From Candidatus Latescibacterota bacterium (GTDB lineage Bacteria; Latescibacterota; UBA2968), in the NCBI GenBank assembly GCA_965116885.1, contig OZ220741.1, positions 3,296,001 to 3,360,000 of the forward strand: a DNA stretch of 64,000 nt. The letters are read 5' to 3'. Positions 1 to 9,972 of this stretch are shown piece after piece. The position numbers and the translations under genes are program-made. Each line of letters begins with the position of its first letter. The first letter of the stretch is position 1. The notes beneath the pieces are model-generated. The model ran no database searches. It was given only the letters and a program-made list of their open reading frames with translations, and was not told the DNA's origin.

Positions 1-434
1 CGAGCCATCTCTGGATAAACTGGATTCACACGCTGGATCAATTCGGGTTTTTGTTCTACTATCCAAAATTCTAAAATTTCTTCCTCTGCTTCCACATCGT
101 TCTTCTGTAGCGGTGGTGGGATATCGACGACAGGCGCATCGAAATCCAGTTCCGTATCGGCAATGGTCACATCATCGGGCACGTCTTCGTCTTCTGTTGC
201 AATGGGAACCTCGGGCCTTTTCAGACGCGGTCGCTTCTTCTGATGCGTCACGGGAATGTCTATAAGGTTGCACACCACAGTGACTTTTTTGGTCGGTTTA
301 GAATCGATCTTCATATCTGGAAACAAAATGGCCAATCCGACCATCAGAAACAGCGTCAATGAAGTAGAACGTCTCATTACTTTTGGATAAATTGCTTTCA
401 AATCGGCATCTGCATGTTTGTTGCGAATCATCAT
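1..434 (-). CDS. Energy transducer TonB family protein (runs off window edge)
   Basis: Manual translation from ATG 434 after RBS AAGGAGG: MMIRNKHADADLKAIYPK, one TM helix, Pro/acidic linker, ...VEQKPELIQRVNPVYPEMAR, the typical start of a TonB_C domain. Confidence 0.8.
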   Translation of the reverse strand, partial: MMIRNKHADADLKAIYPKVMRRSTSLTLFLMVGLAILFPDMKIDSKPTKKVTVVCNLIDIPVTHQKKRPRLKRPEVPIATEDEDVPDDVTIADTELDFDAPVVDIPPPLQKNDVEAEEEILEFWIVEQKPELIQRVNPVYPEMA

Positions 435-448
435 TTCCTCCTTTTTAA

Positions 449-468
449 AGTATTAAAATTTTAATAGT
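449..468. promoter_or_regulatory. Palindromic operator upstream of tonB, candidate BlaI site
   Basis: AGTATTAAAATTTTAATAGT with a perfect 16-bp palindromic core; 18/20 identical to the reverse complement of 2943-2962 upstream of blaI. Confidence 0.65.
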
Positions 469-516
469 TAATCTCAAAAAAATATCTATTGGTCGGTTAC
501 CCGGGTGTGTATAACA

Positions 517-2547
517 TCAGTATCCCTCCTTTCGCAGGTCTTCAGGGCAAAAGGTGTGAGCCAGTACATCGAGTTGTCGCATCTGAAGCACCTTTGTGCG
601 GTTAGGTGCATAGATACCCATGTTGATTAAAAAGAAGCGATTCTGAGCGACGTCAAAGAGTGCATAACTCTTAAACGGTCCACCTTGCCACGCGCGTGTA
701 TTTTCCCACAGTCCTTCCAGGCATACGGCCAATTTACCCAGGAACTCCGTCTGGTAAATGTTCACCTCCCCAGATGATGTTTGATCGCCGCCATAAAAAC
801 GGCTCGATACGTCGTCCCATTTTTGCAAACACCAATCCGGCGTCAATTGATCGGGATGTACACCATCTTCCCAATATACCCACAGCCACAATTGTCGCCG
901 ATCTACCTGACGCGCCAGCGCCACAAAGTTCTCACTTGCGTACTCGTCCATCACTTCATAGCCTACCGGCACCCGCAGGCGCCAGCCAAATTGTCGTGAT
1001 AGGGCTTCAGAATGTTCGGTATTTTCTCCCGCGTGATACAGAATGGTTTCGAGCCATTTCGACATAGATGCATCAATCGCCGATACGATGCGGTCGCCGT
1101 TGAGCGCGACTTGTTCAGCCACGCCTTGCTCATCTGTAGCTTTGACGACCACGACTATCTGATCAGATGCCCACACATCGCGGTGAATTACTGTCTCATT
1201 TTTGGATCGCCCGGTAAACAGCGGCTGTAAGTCCGTCGCCAGAATACCATTTGCAGATGAAACAAGGATCAAATTGCGATAAGCCCGAAAATCCCGAAAC
1301 GCTTCGGGAGAGACATATACGAGATCAAATACGTACTCGGGTTGCGGCGTCAACACCGGGTCTAACAGTAAATCTTCCAGTACTGGTTTTAACTCTTCTC
1401 GGGCGGCTCCATCGGCCACAATCACAATTTTACTGGTTAGCCCAATGCCCCGGGGGAGTGGATTGCCGATAAGTACATCTGCCAGCGGTTTGCTCCACCG
1501 GGCAATTTTCAGATGGGCTTCGGCTCTACCGGGCACGTCAATGAGGGGGCCGATTTTTATAGCAATAACACAGACAGATAGAAATATCGCGAGCCAGATG
1601 GCACTGTGCGACAGCGATGGGCGGCGCTGATTGAGCAGATATTCAAAGCGCTTTACCAGATTCGGATGGCGATTTATAATGCCCAATCCTATTGGGCGCA
1701 CCCTGCCAATCATCTCTGTCAGGCGCGTCAAACAGATCGCATAATCACGTGCATTGTGACCGCGATGCGCGGCGTAATCATCGCAGGCCATTTCTCGCGT
1801 TAGTGACAGTTGCTGGCTCAGCCACCAGATGCCCGGATTGCACCATAAAAAAACTTCTACGAGGCGCTGTACCAGAATGCCCAGAGCATCTCTGCGTTGA
1901 ACATGCGCGATTTCATGTTTGAGAATTTGCTCCAGTTCAGACGCTGACAGTTGTGGTATGAGATGTTGCGGGATGAGTACGACCTGGCGAGAAATACCCA
2001 GCACTGAGGGGCTGGCAACAGCATCTGAAATTCGCAAACCAACATCTACTGAGCCAATCCATCTGCGTTTGTACCGCTCAAACAGAGCCTGAAGATCCTT
2101 TCCCGCCCACTTTCCAGATCGCTTTAACCGCATCATCTGACAATATCCCAGTGCAATGCGCACGAGCATTGCACTGGCAACGACCAGCCATAAAATCCAG
2201 ACGACGATCGGCCAGGAAGATGTGCCGTGGCTCGACCGGGGGTTCACAGGCGTTGCAATTTGTGGTTGTGATGCCTCACTGGCGAGATTGGTATCCGGAA
2301 CTCTGGTTGGGGGAATTGTTGCGTTCGGTTTATCTGTGGCCTCGTATGGTGCAGGTGTGACGAGAAACAGAGGCATAATTACCACACCAATCACGGCGAC
2401 CCATAACAGGCGGTGCAACAAAGAGGCAGGCACGCGCAAGCGCGAGAGGACTGCCACAATCATTGCAGCCAAAAATCCCATCCAGATCCCATTCAGCAGA
2501 TAAAACACGCTGAGCCGGGCAATGGTATCAATCCATTCGCCCATCAT
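517..2547 (-). CDS. BlaR1/MecR1-type M56 metallopeptidase with C-terminal DUF4837-like domain
   Basis: N-terminal TM helices, HEIAH zinc motif, REMACD motif; C-terminal DVWASDQIVVVV...GLWE...GGPF...YAPN typical of DUF4837; overlaps blaI. Confidence 0.85.
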   Translation of the reverse strand: MMGEWIDTIARLSVFYLLNGIWMGFLAAMIVAVLSRLRVPASLLHRLLWVAVIGVVIMPLFLVTPAPYEATDKPNATIPPTRVPDTNLASEASQPQIATPVNPRSSHGTSSWPIVVWILWLVVASAMLVRIALGYCQMMRLKRSGKWAGKDLQALFERYKRRWIGSVDVGLRISDAVASPSVLGISRQVVLIPQHLIPQLSASELEQILKHEIAHVQRRDALGILVQRLVEVFLWCNPGIWWLSQQLSLTREMACDDYAAHRGHNARDYAICLTRLTEMIGRVRPIGLGIINRHPNLVKRFEYLLNQRRPSLSHSAIWLAIFLSVCVIAIKIGPLIDVPGRAEAHLKIARWSKPLADVLIGNPLPRGIGLTSKIVIVADGAAREELKPVLEDLLLDPVLTPQPEYVFDLVYVSPEAFRDFRAYRNLILVSSANGILATDLQPLFTGRSKNETVIHRDVWASDQIVVVVKATDEQGVAEQVALNGDRIVSAIDASMSKWLETILYHAGENTEHSEALSRQFGWRLRVPVGYEVMDEYASENFVALARQVDRRQLWLWVYWEDGVHPDQLTPDWCLQKWDDVSSRFYGGDQTSSGEVNIYQTEFLGKLAVCLEGLWENTRAWQGGPFKSYALFDVAQNRFFLINMGIYAPNRTKVLQMRQLDVLAHTFCPEDLRKEGY

Positions 2548-2933
2548 GTTTCATCCTCCTCTGCCTTCTGAATCATTTTGTGAATGCGGGCGAGGTCTTG
2601 TGCATCGAGTTCTTCATTTTCCACCAGATTGAGTACCAGGGTTTCTGGCGAATTGTCGAAAAAGCGACTCATCAGATACTGAATGGCGCTTCGCTGTGCA
2701 TCCTCTCGCCCCACGATTGGATAATATACAAATGCCCTGCCTTCTTTTTCATGCCGCAAATACCCTTTCTGTTCCAGAATGCGCAATATTGTCAATACTG
2801 TGCTATACGCCGGAGATTCGCTTCCAGCGAGTGCGTTGACAACGTCGCTCACTGTAGCCGAGCCGCGATCCCAAATCACCCGCATCAATCTCAGTTCGGC
2901 ATCTGTCAGAGTAGGGGATCTTCGTCTGCCCAT
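2544..2933 (-). CDS. BlaI/MecI/CopY family transcriptional repressor
   Basis: LTDAELRLMRVIW...AYSTVLTILRILEQKGYL...GRAFVYYP motif; 4-bp overlap with M56 gene. Confidence 0.95.
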   Translation of the reverse strand: MGRRRSPTLTDAELRLMRVIWDRGSATVSDVVNALAGSESPAYSTVLTILRILEQKGYLRHEKEGRAFVYYPIVGREDAQRSAIQYLMSRFFDNSPETLVLNLVENEELDAQDLARIHKMIQKAEEDET

Positions 2934-2942
2934 ATAGTCCTC

Positions 2943-3016
2943 ACTATTAAAGATTTAATACTTACAAAACAAATATGGAGAAAAAGAAAGTGAGTGTCAA
3001 TTAAAAAATTAATAGT
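2943..3016 (-). promoter_or_regulatory. blaI promoter with two operator-like palindromes
   Basis: Minus-strand TTGACA (2995-3000), 17 bp, CATATT (2972-2977); palindrome ACTATTAAAGATTTAATACT at 2943-2962 and a degenerate copy at 2997-3016. Confidence 0.65.
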
Positions 3017-3038
3017 TCAACAAAAAAAAAGACAAATT

Positions 3039-3108
3039 GGTAGGGGATAGGGCGCCCTCGCGCCCCTATCTCTCGCCTTTTATCTGTTTCATCTGCGTTC
3101 ATCTGCGG
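3039..3108. repeat. REP-like GC hairpin followed by short tandem repeat
   Basis: GTAGGGGATAGGGCG...CGCCCCTATC hairpin, then ATCTGTTTC ATCTGCGTTC ATCTGCGG. Confidence 0.4.
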
Positions 3109-3122
3109 ATGCTTTTTGCCTC

Positions 3123-4103
3123 TCACTTGAACTTCAAGGGCTTGCCTTCTCGGGCAGATTGATAAACCGCTTCGAGGAGGGCTACTGTGCGGCGGCCTTC
3201 GCGTCCATCTACAGATAGGGGCGTTCCTCTGGTTACGGCATTTACCACGTCTTCGACAATACTGTGGACATTATTTTCGACACTGTCGAGTTTTTCCTGA
3301 AGCCCTGTGCCGTAAACCGTCATTTCGCCATTTAAAACATCGTGTAGCAAAATGCCGCCTTCTGTTCCGTGTACTTCGGCGCTGAAATACACACTCTGGG
3401 GGAAGGTCGTGGTGCCCAGGATTGTGCCTTTTGCCCCGTTTTCGAAATTGAGGATTGCCAGCCCGATGTCTTCGGTCTCAATCTCGTGATTTACAATGTC
3501 GATTTCACCGTACACGGAAACAGGGTCGCCCATAAACCAGCTCAATACGTCGAGCAGATGTGCGCCCTGATTGGCCAATGAGCCACCGCCATCCATAGTC
3601 CACGTTCCGCGCCAACCATCGTCGTGCAAAAAATAGTCGTCAGACCGAAACCACTTAAAACGCACTTCTCCCAATATCATCTTGCCCAGCCAGCCTTCCC
3701 GAATCGCGGTTGCCACTTTGACATTGCCATCCACATATCGGCTTTGATAATCCACACCGCACAACACGCCGGCATCTTCACAAGCCGCAATGAGCCGATC
3801 ACACGCTTCGGTGCTCACATCCATGGGTTTGGTGGTTATCACATGCTTGCCCGCTTTTGCCGCTTCAATGCCCACCTGGGCATGTTTGCCGCTCGGCGTC
3901 ATCACCATCACGACATCCACGTCATCTCGCGCAAACACATGTTCCATATTTATGACGCAGTCCGTTTCCAATTCCTGTGCCACTTCTTCAGCCAGGTCGC
4001 CGTGCAAATCGCACACGACTTTTAAATTTGCCCCGGCTGTCTCTTTAATCAACCGCGCTCTGTTGCGCCCCATGCCCAGGCCAATAACGCCAAATCCGAC
4101 CAT
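3123..4103 (-). CDS. Gfo/Idh/MocA family oxidoreductase
   Basis: GVIGLGMG Rossmann start, TKPM (EKP variant), WRGTW..DGGGSLANQGAH. Confidence 0.92.
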   Translation of the reverse strand: MVGFGVIGLGMGRNRARLIKETAGANLKVVCDLHGDLAEEVAQELETDCVINMEHVFARDDVDVVMVMTPSGKHAQVGIEAAKAGKHVITTKPMDVSTEACDRLIAACEDAGVLCGVDYQSRYVDGNVKVATAIREGWLGKMILGEVRFKWFRSDDYFLHDDGWRGTWTMDGGGSLANQGAHLLDVLSWFMGDPVSVYGEIDIVNHEIETEDIGLAILNFENGAKGTILGTTTFPQSVYFSAEVHGTEGGILLHDVLNGEMTVYGTGLQEKLDSVENNVHSIVEDVVNAVTRGTPLSVDGREGRRTVALLEAVYQSAREGKPLKFK

Positions 4104-4127
4104 GTTATCCTCCTATTCGTCTTATTT

Positions 4128-5135
4128 TTATGCACAATCGGGATGGCCTTCCGTCCAACGCCCGAAGGGGACATCGGTCTGTCCGCCCTGATTGATCTTC
4201 GACATCGCCTTTCGAGTGTCCAACCACATTTGGGTCCACACTTTTGCATCTCTCAATTCGCGCTCTGGATGTTTGCGGCTGCGCGCGACAAAGCCCGGAA
4301 ATGCCTCGCGTCCAGTCGTTTGACCGGTGGGATTATACCGCAGATCAAAGCTCCAGCGGATGTTATCGCTCACATTGGACAATGATCCGTGTACTGTGCA
4401 CTTGGGTAGGAAAATGACATCCCCCCGTTTGACCGGTAGCGGTATCATACGTTCGGCTTCAAATAGCGATTCGGGTATCTGGCGCCCGCCCGCTGTTTTG
4501 GGTCCATTCCCAAAATACGATGGACAATGCGTCAAAAGCCCGTGTTTGTGGCTGCCGGGCACGACTTTTAGAGGCCCTTGTTCAATATCGACGTCTTCGA
4601 GTGCAAACCACACAGTCAACATATTTGTCTCATCTGCTTCTGGTACAACCACGCCCTGATCCTGGTGCCAGATCGTTTCTCCCAAAATCGGATTTCCAAA
4701 CTGGTTTCTGGGCAGAATATGCTCGGGTGGTTTAATCCGCACATGTTGTACGGGATTCGAGTATATCTCTGGTCCGATGAGCGATTCCACACAATCGAGC
4801 AGGGATTCATCTGTAAAGGCATTGAGAACAGCCTGTCCCGTCCAGAAGGGGGTGTCTGGCTTCACATTTTGAAATGGTAGCGAAAAATCGAAATACTGTT
4901 TGTGTACATCGCCCGTTTCAATGCAGACCGCGATGAATCGTTCAGCAAAATCGAGGTCTTCGAACAAGGAAGAAATTTCTTCTCGTTCGTAAAGATCGCG
5001 TACTAATGTGTCGAGTACTTCTGTGTACTCTTCGATTACAGGATCCAACACGGTTTTTGGATCCAACACGCCCTCCACCACCAGATAGCCTTCTTCTTCA
5101 AACTGTGCAATCTGCTCGGCAGTTAGGCAACCCAT
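4128..5135 (-). CDS. Phytanoyl-CoA dioxygenase (PhyH) family Fe/2OG oxygenase
   Basis: FEEEGYLVV, WHQD, GPLKVVPGSHK, VHGS..N.S..IRWSFDLRY. Confidence 0.92.
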   Translation of the reverse strand: MGCLTAEQIAQFEEEGYLVVEGVLDPKTVLDPVIEEYTEVLDTLVRDLYEREEISSLFEDLDFAERFIAVCIETGDVHKQYFDFSLPFQNVKPDTPFWTGQAVLNAFTDESLLDCVESLIGPEIYSNPVQHVRIKPPEHILPRNQFGNPILGETIWHQDQGVVVPEADETNMLTVWFALEDVDIEQGPLKVVPGSHKHGLLTHCPSYFGNGPKTAGGRQIPESLFEAERMIPLPVKRGDVIFLPKCTVHGSLSNVSDNIRWSFDLRYNPTGQTTGREAFPGFVARSRKHPERELRDAKVWTQMWLDTRKAMSKINQGGQTDVPFGRWTEGHPDCA

Positions 5136-5194
5136 GGCATTTCTCCTTTTTGTGGGACGTTTAACAGCTTTTGCTATAAATCAATTTCAGAGCC

Positions 5195-6106
5195 TCAGGT
5201 GCTATTGTTCTGTTGTGAATTTTTCGGCAAAGTCAGCGTTAGCGCACCGGGCATAATTTCAAATACCAGTTCTTTGGGGCCTTTCTCAACTTCGCCATCA
5301 AATTGAAACCAATCGCTCTTCTCGCGCGTGATATAGATTTTTTTCGCCTGAAATATCTCGACGCCGGGCATTCGATCAAAAGTGCCATTAAAAAGGCGGT
5401 AGGTATTCAACACCAGGCGAATCCACCCTGGATGTGTAAACACGCACACATCGAGAACCCCATCATCTGGCATCGCTTGAGGGGCTATGGTTGCGCCGCC
5501 TCCAAAGTCCGGCAGGTTGGCTATGACAACGAACAAAGGCGTGCGCTCAATATTACTGTCAGAATCCAATCTCAATCGCAATGTCTGAGGGCGATATGAG
5601 AGAAGCGACAGCGCGGTGAGCACCAGGTAGGGCAAGAATCCGCGGCGCCCCGTCCGACTTGCATACCGATGGGCAACCTCTGCATCTAAGCCAATGCCCG
5701 CAGTAGAAAAAAACAGGGCATTGCCCACGCGCCCCACATCGAGTTTCCGAATGTCTGGCTGAATAAAAGCGCGACAGGCTTTTGCCGGGTCAAAAGATAA
5801 ATTCAACGCACGCGCAAATGCATTGCCCGATCCAGCGGGCACCACTCCCAGGGGTATCTCTGTGCCGAGTAGCGCGCGTCCAACTTCGTTAATGGTACCA
5901 TCGCCTCCAATGGCGACCACCAGATCGAACCCCATTTCGGGTGCGCTTGCCGCCAATTCCGTGGCGTGCCCCGCGTGCTGCGTTACTTCAAGGGTAAAAT
6001 CCATCCCCGCTTTCTCACACGCGGCAATCACGCGAGATCGAATATTGCGTTGCACACCTGCATGCGGATTCGCAATGAAGAGTACGCGTGAAAATTGCAT
6101 ACTCAT
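5195..6106 (-). CDS. Diacylglycerol kinase family lipid kinase (YegS/DgkB-like)
   Basis: IANPHAG, GGDGTINEV, PAGSGNAFAR, DDGVLDV, QFDGE motifs. Confidence 0.92.
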   Translation of the reverse strand: MSMQFSRVLFIANPHAGVQRNIRSRVIAACEKAGMDFTLEVTQHAGHATELAASAPEMGFDLVVAIGGDGTINEVGRALLGTEIPLGVVPAGSGNAFARALNLSFDPAKACRAFIQPDIRKLDVGRVGNALFFSTAGIGLDAEVAHRYASRTGRRGFLPYLVLTALSLLSYRPQTLRLRLDSDSNIERTPLFVVIANLPDFGGGATIAPQAMPDDGVLDVCVFTHPGWIRLVLNTYRLFNGTFDRMPGVEIFQAKKIYITREKSDWFQFDGEVEKGPKELVFEIMPGALTLTLPKNSQQNNST

Positions 6107-6690
6107 GTATGTAAAAAATCGACCAGGGTCTGACCGATATCCCTCAAAATTTTTGGCGAAGGTTGTGATACATCGACTTGTTGCACGATTTCTTTGGGAT
6201 AATGCTCCAATACAGCAATTGTTTGACGGTCGTACACATCGAATCTTTTGCGAATAATTTGTTCATTTGCGTCATCGATGCGGTATGCGACGAGCGCGCG
6301 TCCAAAGAGGCGTTTGATCAGTACATTGCGGTCTGGACAATCCAATACCATGATCAATTTTACATTTAAGTTTTCATCGGCCATCTGAGCCTGGGCGAGT
6401 GTGCGCGGTAGGCCATCTAAAATCAGTGTCTGTTCATCGGGCTTAAAATCGCCAAAATCAACCAGGCGTTGCATGCGTTCTCGCCACAGTGCAACGACAA
6501 ATTCGTCGGGTACCAGTTCGCCTTTGCGAATACTCGCCAGAGCCATTTCCCCAGGCTGGCTATCGACGTCTAATGCCCTGAGCATATCGCCACTTGAAAA
6601 ATGGTATAAACCTGGTATTTGTTTTAATACACTCCCCCATGTGCCCTTGCCAGCACCGGGGGGGCCAAATAATAAGACAGTATCATACAT
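6103..6690 (-). CDS. Adenylate kinase family (short LID)
   Basis: GPPGAGKGT, SSGDMLR, GELVPD, ILDGLPRT, RIDD. Confidence 0.88.
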   Translation of the reverse strand: MYDTVLLFGPPGAGKGTWGSVLKQIPGLYHFSSGDMLRALDVDSQPGEMALASIRKGELVPDEFVVALWRERMQRLVDFGDFKPDEQTLILDGLPRTLAQAQMADENLNVKLIMVLDCPDRNVLIKRLFGRALVAYRIDDANEQIIRKRFDVYDRQTIAVLEHYPKEIVQQVDVSQPSPKILRDIGQTLVDFLHT

Positions 6691-6827
6691 TGGTACAACT
6701 CCCGCGATTGTTTTTTGACAGAATGGAAATGTGAATGTATTTTAGTAGAAGCGGGTTGAACTGCTACGCAGTTGTACACCGCTCGAAACCCACTCCTACG
6801 GATCACCGAACCTTATGGGAGAACATC

Positions 6828-7430
6828 ATGAACCTCGATCCCGCTGCCGTCTCACTAAAAAAAAACGGCGATAAAATTGAAGCTCTCATCCAGGGGGAGA
6901 CCACGTTTGTCGATCGCCTTGCCCGCGCGTTTCCCCATAGTAATCCCGATCAATTTGTCAGCTTAATGGACGAATTGGGACACGAAATTGGCATTATTGA
7001 AAACCCCAAAAAACTCGACGATGCTTCGCGCAATTTGCTCGAAGCCGAACTCAAAGCCATCTACTTTGTCCCAACTATCAGCGCTATAACTTCCGTCGTA
7101 TCCAAAGGCACGGGCAGTCAGTGGACGGTTGATACCGACGATGGCGAATATACTTTCCGCATTTTGGGTCGAGACGCGCTCAAGGGCGATGAACCGCCTG
7201 CAGTTGAAATCACGGATGAAAATGGCAAGCGATACAGAATTGACAATTACTGGGATCTCGATGTCGAAAGTCGAGACCTGACCTCTGACCTGTTGCCCGA
7301 TAAAGTTGTCAAGGCGCGCTATTACACCCGATCGATCTCGAGTAGTAGAAGTGGCAAGAGCAGAGGTTCGAGCAGTCGCGGTAGTAGTCGCGGTAGTAGC
7401 GGCATGGGCGGATCGATTGGCATACGGTGA
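6828..7430 (+). CDS. DUF1854-like protein with Ser/Gly/Arg-rich tail
   Basis: RAFP...FVSLMDELGHEIGII...YFVPTI...WTVDTDDG...DENGKRYRI; start chosen at ATG 6828 after GGAGA. Confidence 0.75.
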   Translation: MNLDPAAVSLKKNGDKIEALIQGETTFVDRLARAFPHSNPDQFVSLMDELGHEIGIIENPKKLDDASRNLLEAELKAIYFVPTISAITSVVSKGTGSQWTVDTDDGEYTFRILGRDALKGDEPPAVEITDENGKRYRIDNYWDLDVESRDLTSDLLPDKVVKARYYTRSISSSRSGKSRGSSSRGSSRGSSGMGGSIGIR

Positions 7431-7434
7431 TCCG

Positions 7435-8604
7435 CTACCGCACCCCCAATATCAATTCAGTCAGCAACTGATCCAGACGCTCATAGCCCAATCCAACGCG
7501 CCCCATTGCATCGATGTCAAATTGCACTTGTTTGAGTGCTTGCGATTTTTCCCGGCTGTATTTGCCCAGATGCTGTTCGTATTCGGGATTCTGGTTTTCA
7601 ATTTCTTTCAAGATTCCCTGAATTTCGGCATCTGCTTCGAATTGTGCTGCTTTTTCTTTTAAGATATTATACGTACGCATACACCCTGCGGCAAAATCCC
7701 ATACCCCTTCTTCGTCTTCTGTGCGAAATGCGTGTGCGTCGAAGTGTCTCGGGCCCGCATAACCGTTGTTTTCGAGCAAGCGCACGAGCAAAAAGGCACT
7801 TTTGTAATCTTCTGAGCCAAACCGAAAATCTTGATCATAGCGGCCAAAACGCTGGTCGTTTAAGTCGATATGGAAGAGTTTGCCCGCCTCAAGTGCTTGC
7901 GCTACGCCGTGGTGGAAATTTAACCCCGCCATGTGTTCGTGTGCAACTTCCGGGTTGACGCCCACCATCTCGGGATAATCCAGCGTTTCGATAAACGCCA
8001 GATAATGCCCGGTTGTGGGAAAGTACATATCGGCACGCGGTTCATTGGGTTTGGCTTCGAGCGCGAAATTCAAATCGTATTTCTGGTCGCGCACGTAATC
8101 GCACAAGTAATTTAAGCCATCGCGGTAGCGTTTGAGGGCATCGATGGGATCTTTCGCCACGTTGCATTCGGCGCCTTCGCGTCCGCCCCAAAATACATAG
8201 GTTTTTGCACCCAATTCGACGCCTAAGTCAATGGCTTGCATAATTTTTTGCAAGCCATAAGCGCGAATTTTGGGATCGTTGGACGTAAAGCCCCCATCCT
8301 TAAATACGGGATGAGAAAATGTGTTGGTGGTTGCCATGGGCACAACCATGCCGCAATTTTTTAGTGCGTTTTTGAAATCGCTTACGATTTTATCGCGCTG
8401 TTGTGGTGTGGCGTCAATCGGTACGAGGTCGTTATCGTGCAGGTTAATGCCCCACGCGCCCAGTTCGCTCAATCGCTGCACAATCCGCTCGGGCGCAAGC
8501 GATTGGCGCGTTGGATCGCCAAAGGGATCGCGTCCGGGATTTCCCACTGTCCACAAACCAAATGAAAATTTATCTTTTTTGTTTGGCGTATATGCATCGG
8601 CCAT
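7435..8604 (-). CDS. xylA: Xylose isomerase (short, actinobacterial-like type)
   Basis: [52 protein letters not shown]. Confidence 0.95.
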   Translation of the reverse strand: MADAYTPNKKDKFSFGLWTVGNPGRDPFGDPTRQSLAPERIVQRLSELGAWGINLHDNDLVPIDATPQQRDKIVSDFKNALKNCGMVVPMATTNTFSHPVFKDGGFTSNDPKIRAYGLQKIMQAIDLGVELGAKTYVFWGGREGAECNVAKDPIDALKRYRDGLNYLCDYVRDQKYDLNFALEAKPNEPRADMYFPTTGHYLAFIETLDYPEMVGVNPEVAHEHMAGLNFHHGVAQALEAGKLFHIDLNDQRFGRYDQDFRFGSEDYKSAFLLVRLLENNGYAGPRHFDAHAFRTEDEEGVWDFAAGCMRTYNILKEKAAQFEADAEIQGILKEIENQNPEYEQHLGKYSREKSQALKQVQFDIDAMGRVGLGYERLDQLLTELILGVR

Positions 8605-8697
8605 TGGACCTCCTCAAAATGCGAATGAAAAATTAAAAATGACAATAAAGCGTTGCAACTTCCGCGTGCAAAATATCATGGTGAAGTCTGACTGTCA

Positions 8698-9966
8698 ATG
8701 GACATTTCCACAACTCATCGGGAGCACAAAATGATTATTCGCGATCCCGTTCACGGCGATATGTCCTTTAATGAATCCGAACGCCGGGTTATGGATACGC
8801 GGCAAATGCAACGCCTGCGCGGTGTGCGACAAACGGGATCGGCATATCTGGTTTATCCAGGCTGTGTACACACGCGTTTTGAACACTCGCTGGGAACGAT
8901 GGCGATGTCGCGTCGCGTGCTCGATGTTTTGAGGCAGGGCGGCGCGCAGATTGATCCCGAACAGGCCGATGCAGTCGCACTGGCCGCGCTGGTTCACGAC
9001 ATCTCGCACTTGCCCTTTGGACATACGTTTGAAGATGAACGCAAGCTTTTTCCTCGCCACGATACAGCCGCCCGCATGAAACACTTCTTATCGGAAACAG
9101 AAATCGCGCAAGCACTCGATGCTTCGGGCCTGCGCGATACGGTGGTTTCTCTGCTTACGGATAAATCGTTTTCACCGGCGTGGATGCAGCAGATTGTGTC
9201 CAGTACCATCGATGCCGACTTGCTCGATTATTTGCGTCGCGATGCGTATTTTGCAGGCCTGCGTCAGGATTATGACGACCGTATTTTTAGTACCTTTATG
9301 CTTGCCGATGAAAATCTTGCGATTGATGTGACCCGTCTCAGCACGCGCACCGAGTTGCTGCACTTGTTACGGCTGCGCTATTTCCTCACCGAGCGCGTTT
9401 ATTATCACCACGCCAAGGTATCGTCGGGCGCTATGATTGCCAAAGCCGTCGAGATCGCCACCGAACACGGTCTTGCCGAAACCGATCTTTACACTCTGAC
9501 GGACGATGCCCTTTTTCGCCATTTGCTCAGCTATGAAGACCCGCGTATTGACCGCCTGATCAACGGTGTTTGCGAACGGCGTTTGCTCAAACGCGCCTAT
9601 ATGATTTCGACTGCCGAAGTGGGACGCAGAGGGCGCGATGAATTGATCGCCACCTACAATCGATCTGTCGAGAGTAGGCAGCAGATCGAGCGACAAATCG
9701 CCGATGCTGTGACTATCAACCCCGATCAGGTTATTCTCTATTGTCCAGATATCTCGGCCATCAAAGAAGCGCGCGTGCGCGTTGTTACGCGCAATGGCTT
9801 GAGCCGTCTGAACGATCCGCCAGACAATCCGCCTTTTGATGTAAAGGTTGTAGAAGACCAGTATGAACGGCTCTGGAAATTCTACATTTTTGCACCCGAA
9901 GGTTATAGAGAGCGCGTTGGGCAGGTGTGCGAACGCGTATTTGGCGAATCAAATGCGCTGGTATAA
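8698..9966 (+). CDS. HD-domain phosphohydrolase (SAMHD1/dNTPase-like, YwfO type)
   Basis: IRDPVHG, QRLR..RQ, HTRFEHSLG, HDISHLPFGH.FE, DADLLDYLRRD, VYYH; the start may be the ATG at 8731. Confidence 0.9.
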   Translation: MDISTTHREHKMIIRDPVHGDMSFNESERRVMDTRQMQRLRGVRQTGSAYLVYPGCVHTRFEHSLGTMAMSRRVLDVLRQGGAQIDPEQADAVALAALVHDISHLPFGHTFEDERKLFPRHDTAARMKHFLSETEIAQALDASGLRDTVVSLLTDKSFSPAWMQQIVSSTIDADLLDYLRRDAYFAGLRQDYDDRIFSTFMLADENLAIDVTRLSTRTELLHLLRLRYFLTERVYYHHAKVSSGAMIAKAVEIATEHGLAETDLYTLTDDALFRHLLSYEDPRIDRLINGVCERRLLKRAYMISTAEVGRRGRDELIATYNRSVESRQQIERQIADAVTINPDQVILYCPDISAIKEARVRVVTRNGLSRLNDPPDNPPFDVKVVEDQYERLWKFYIFAPEGYRERVGQVCERVFGESNALV

Positions 9967-9972
9967 AGATCT

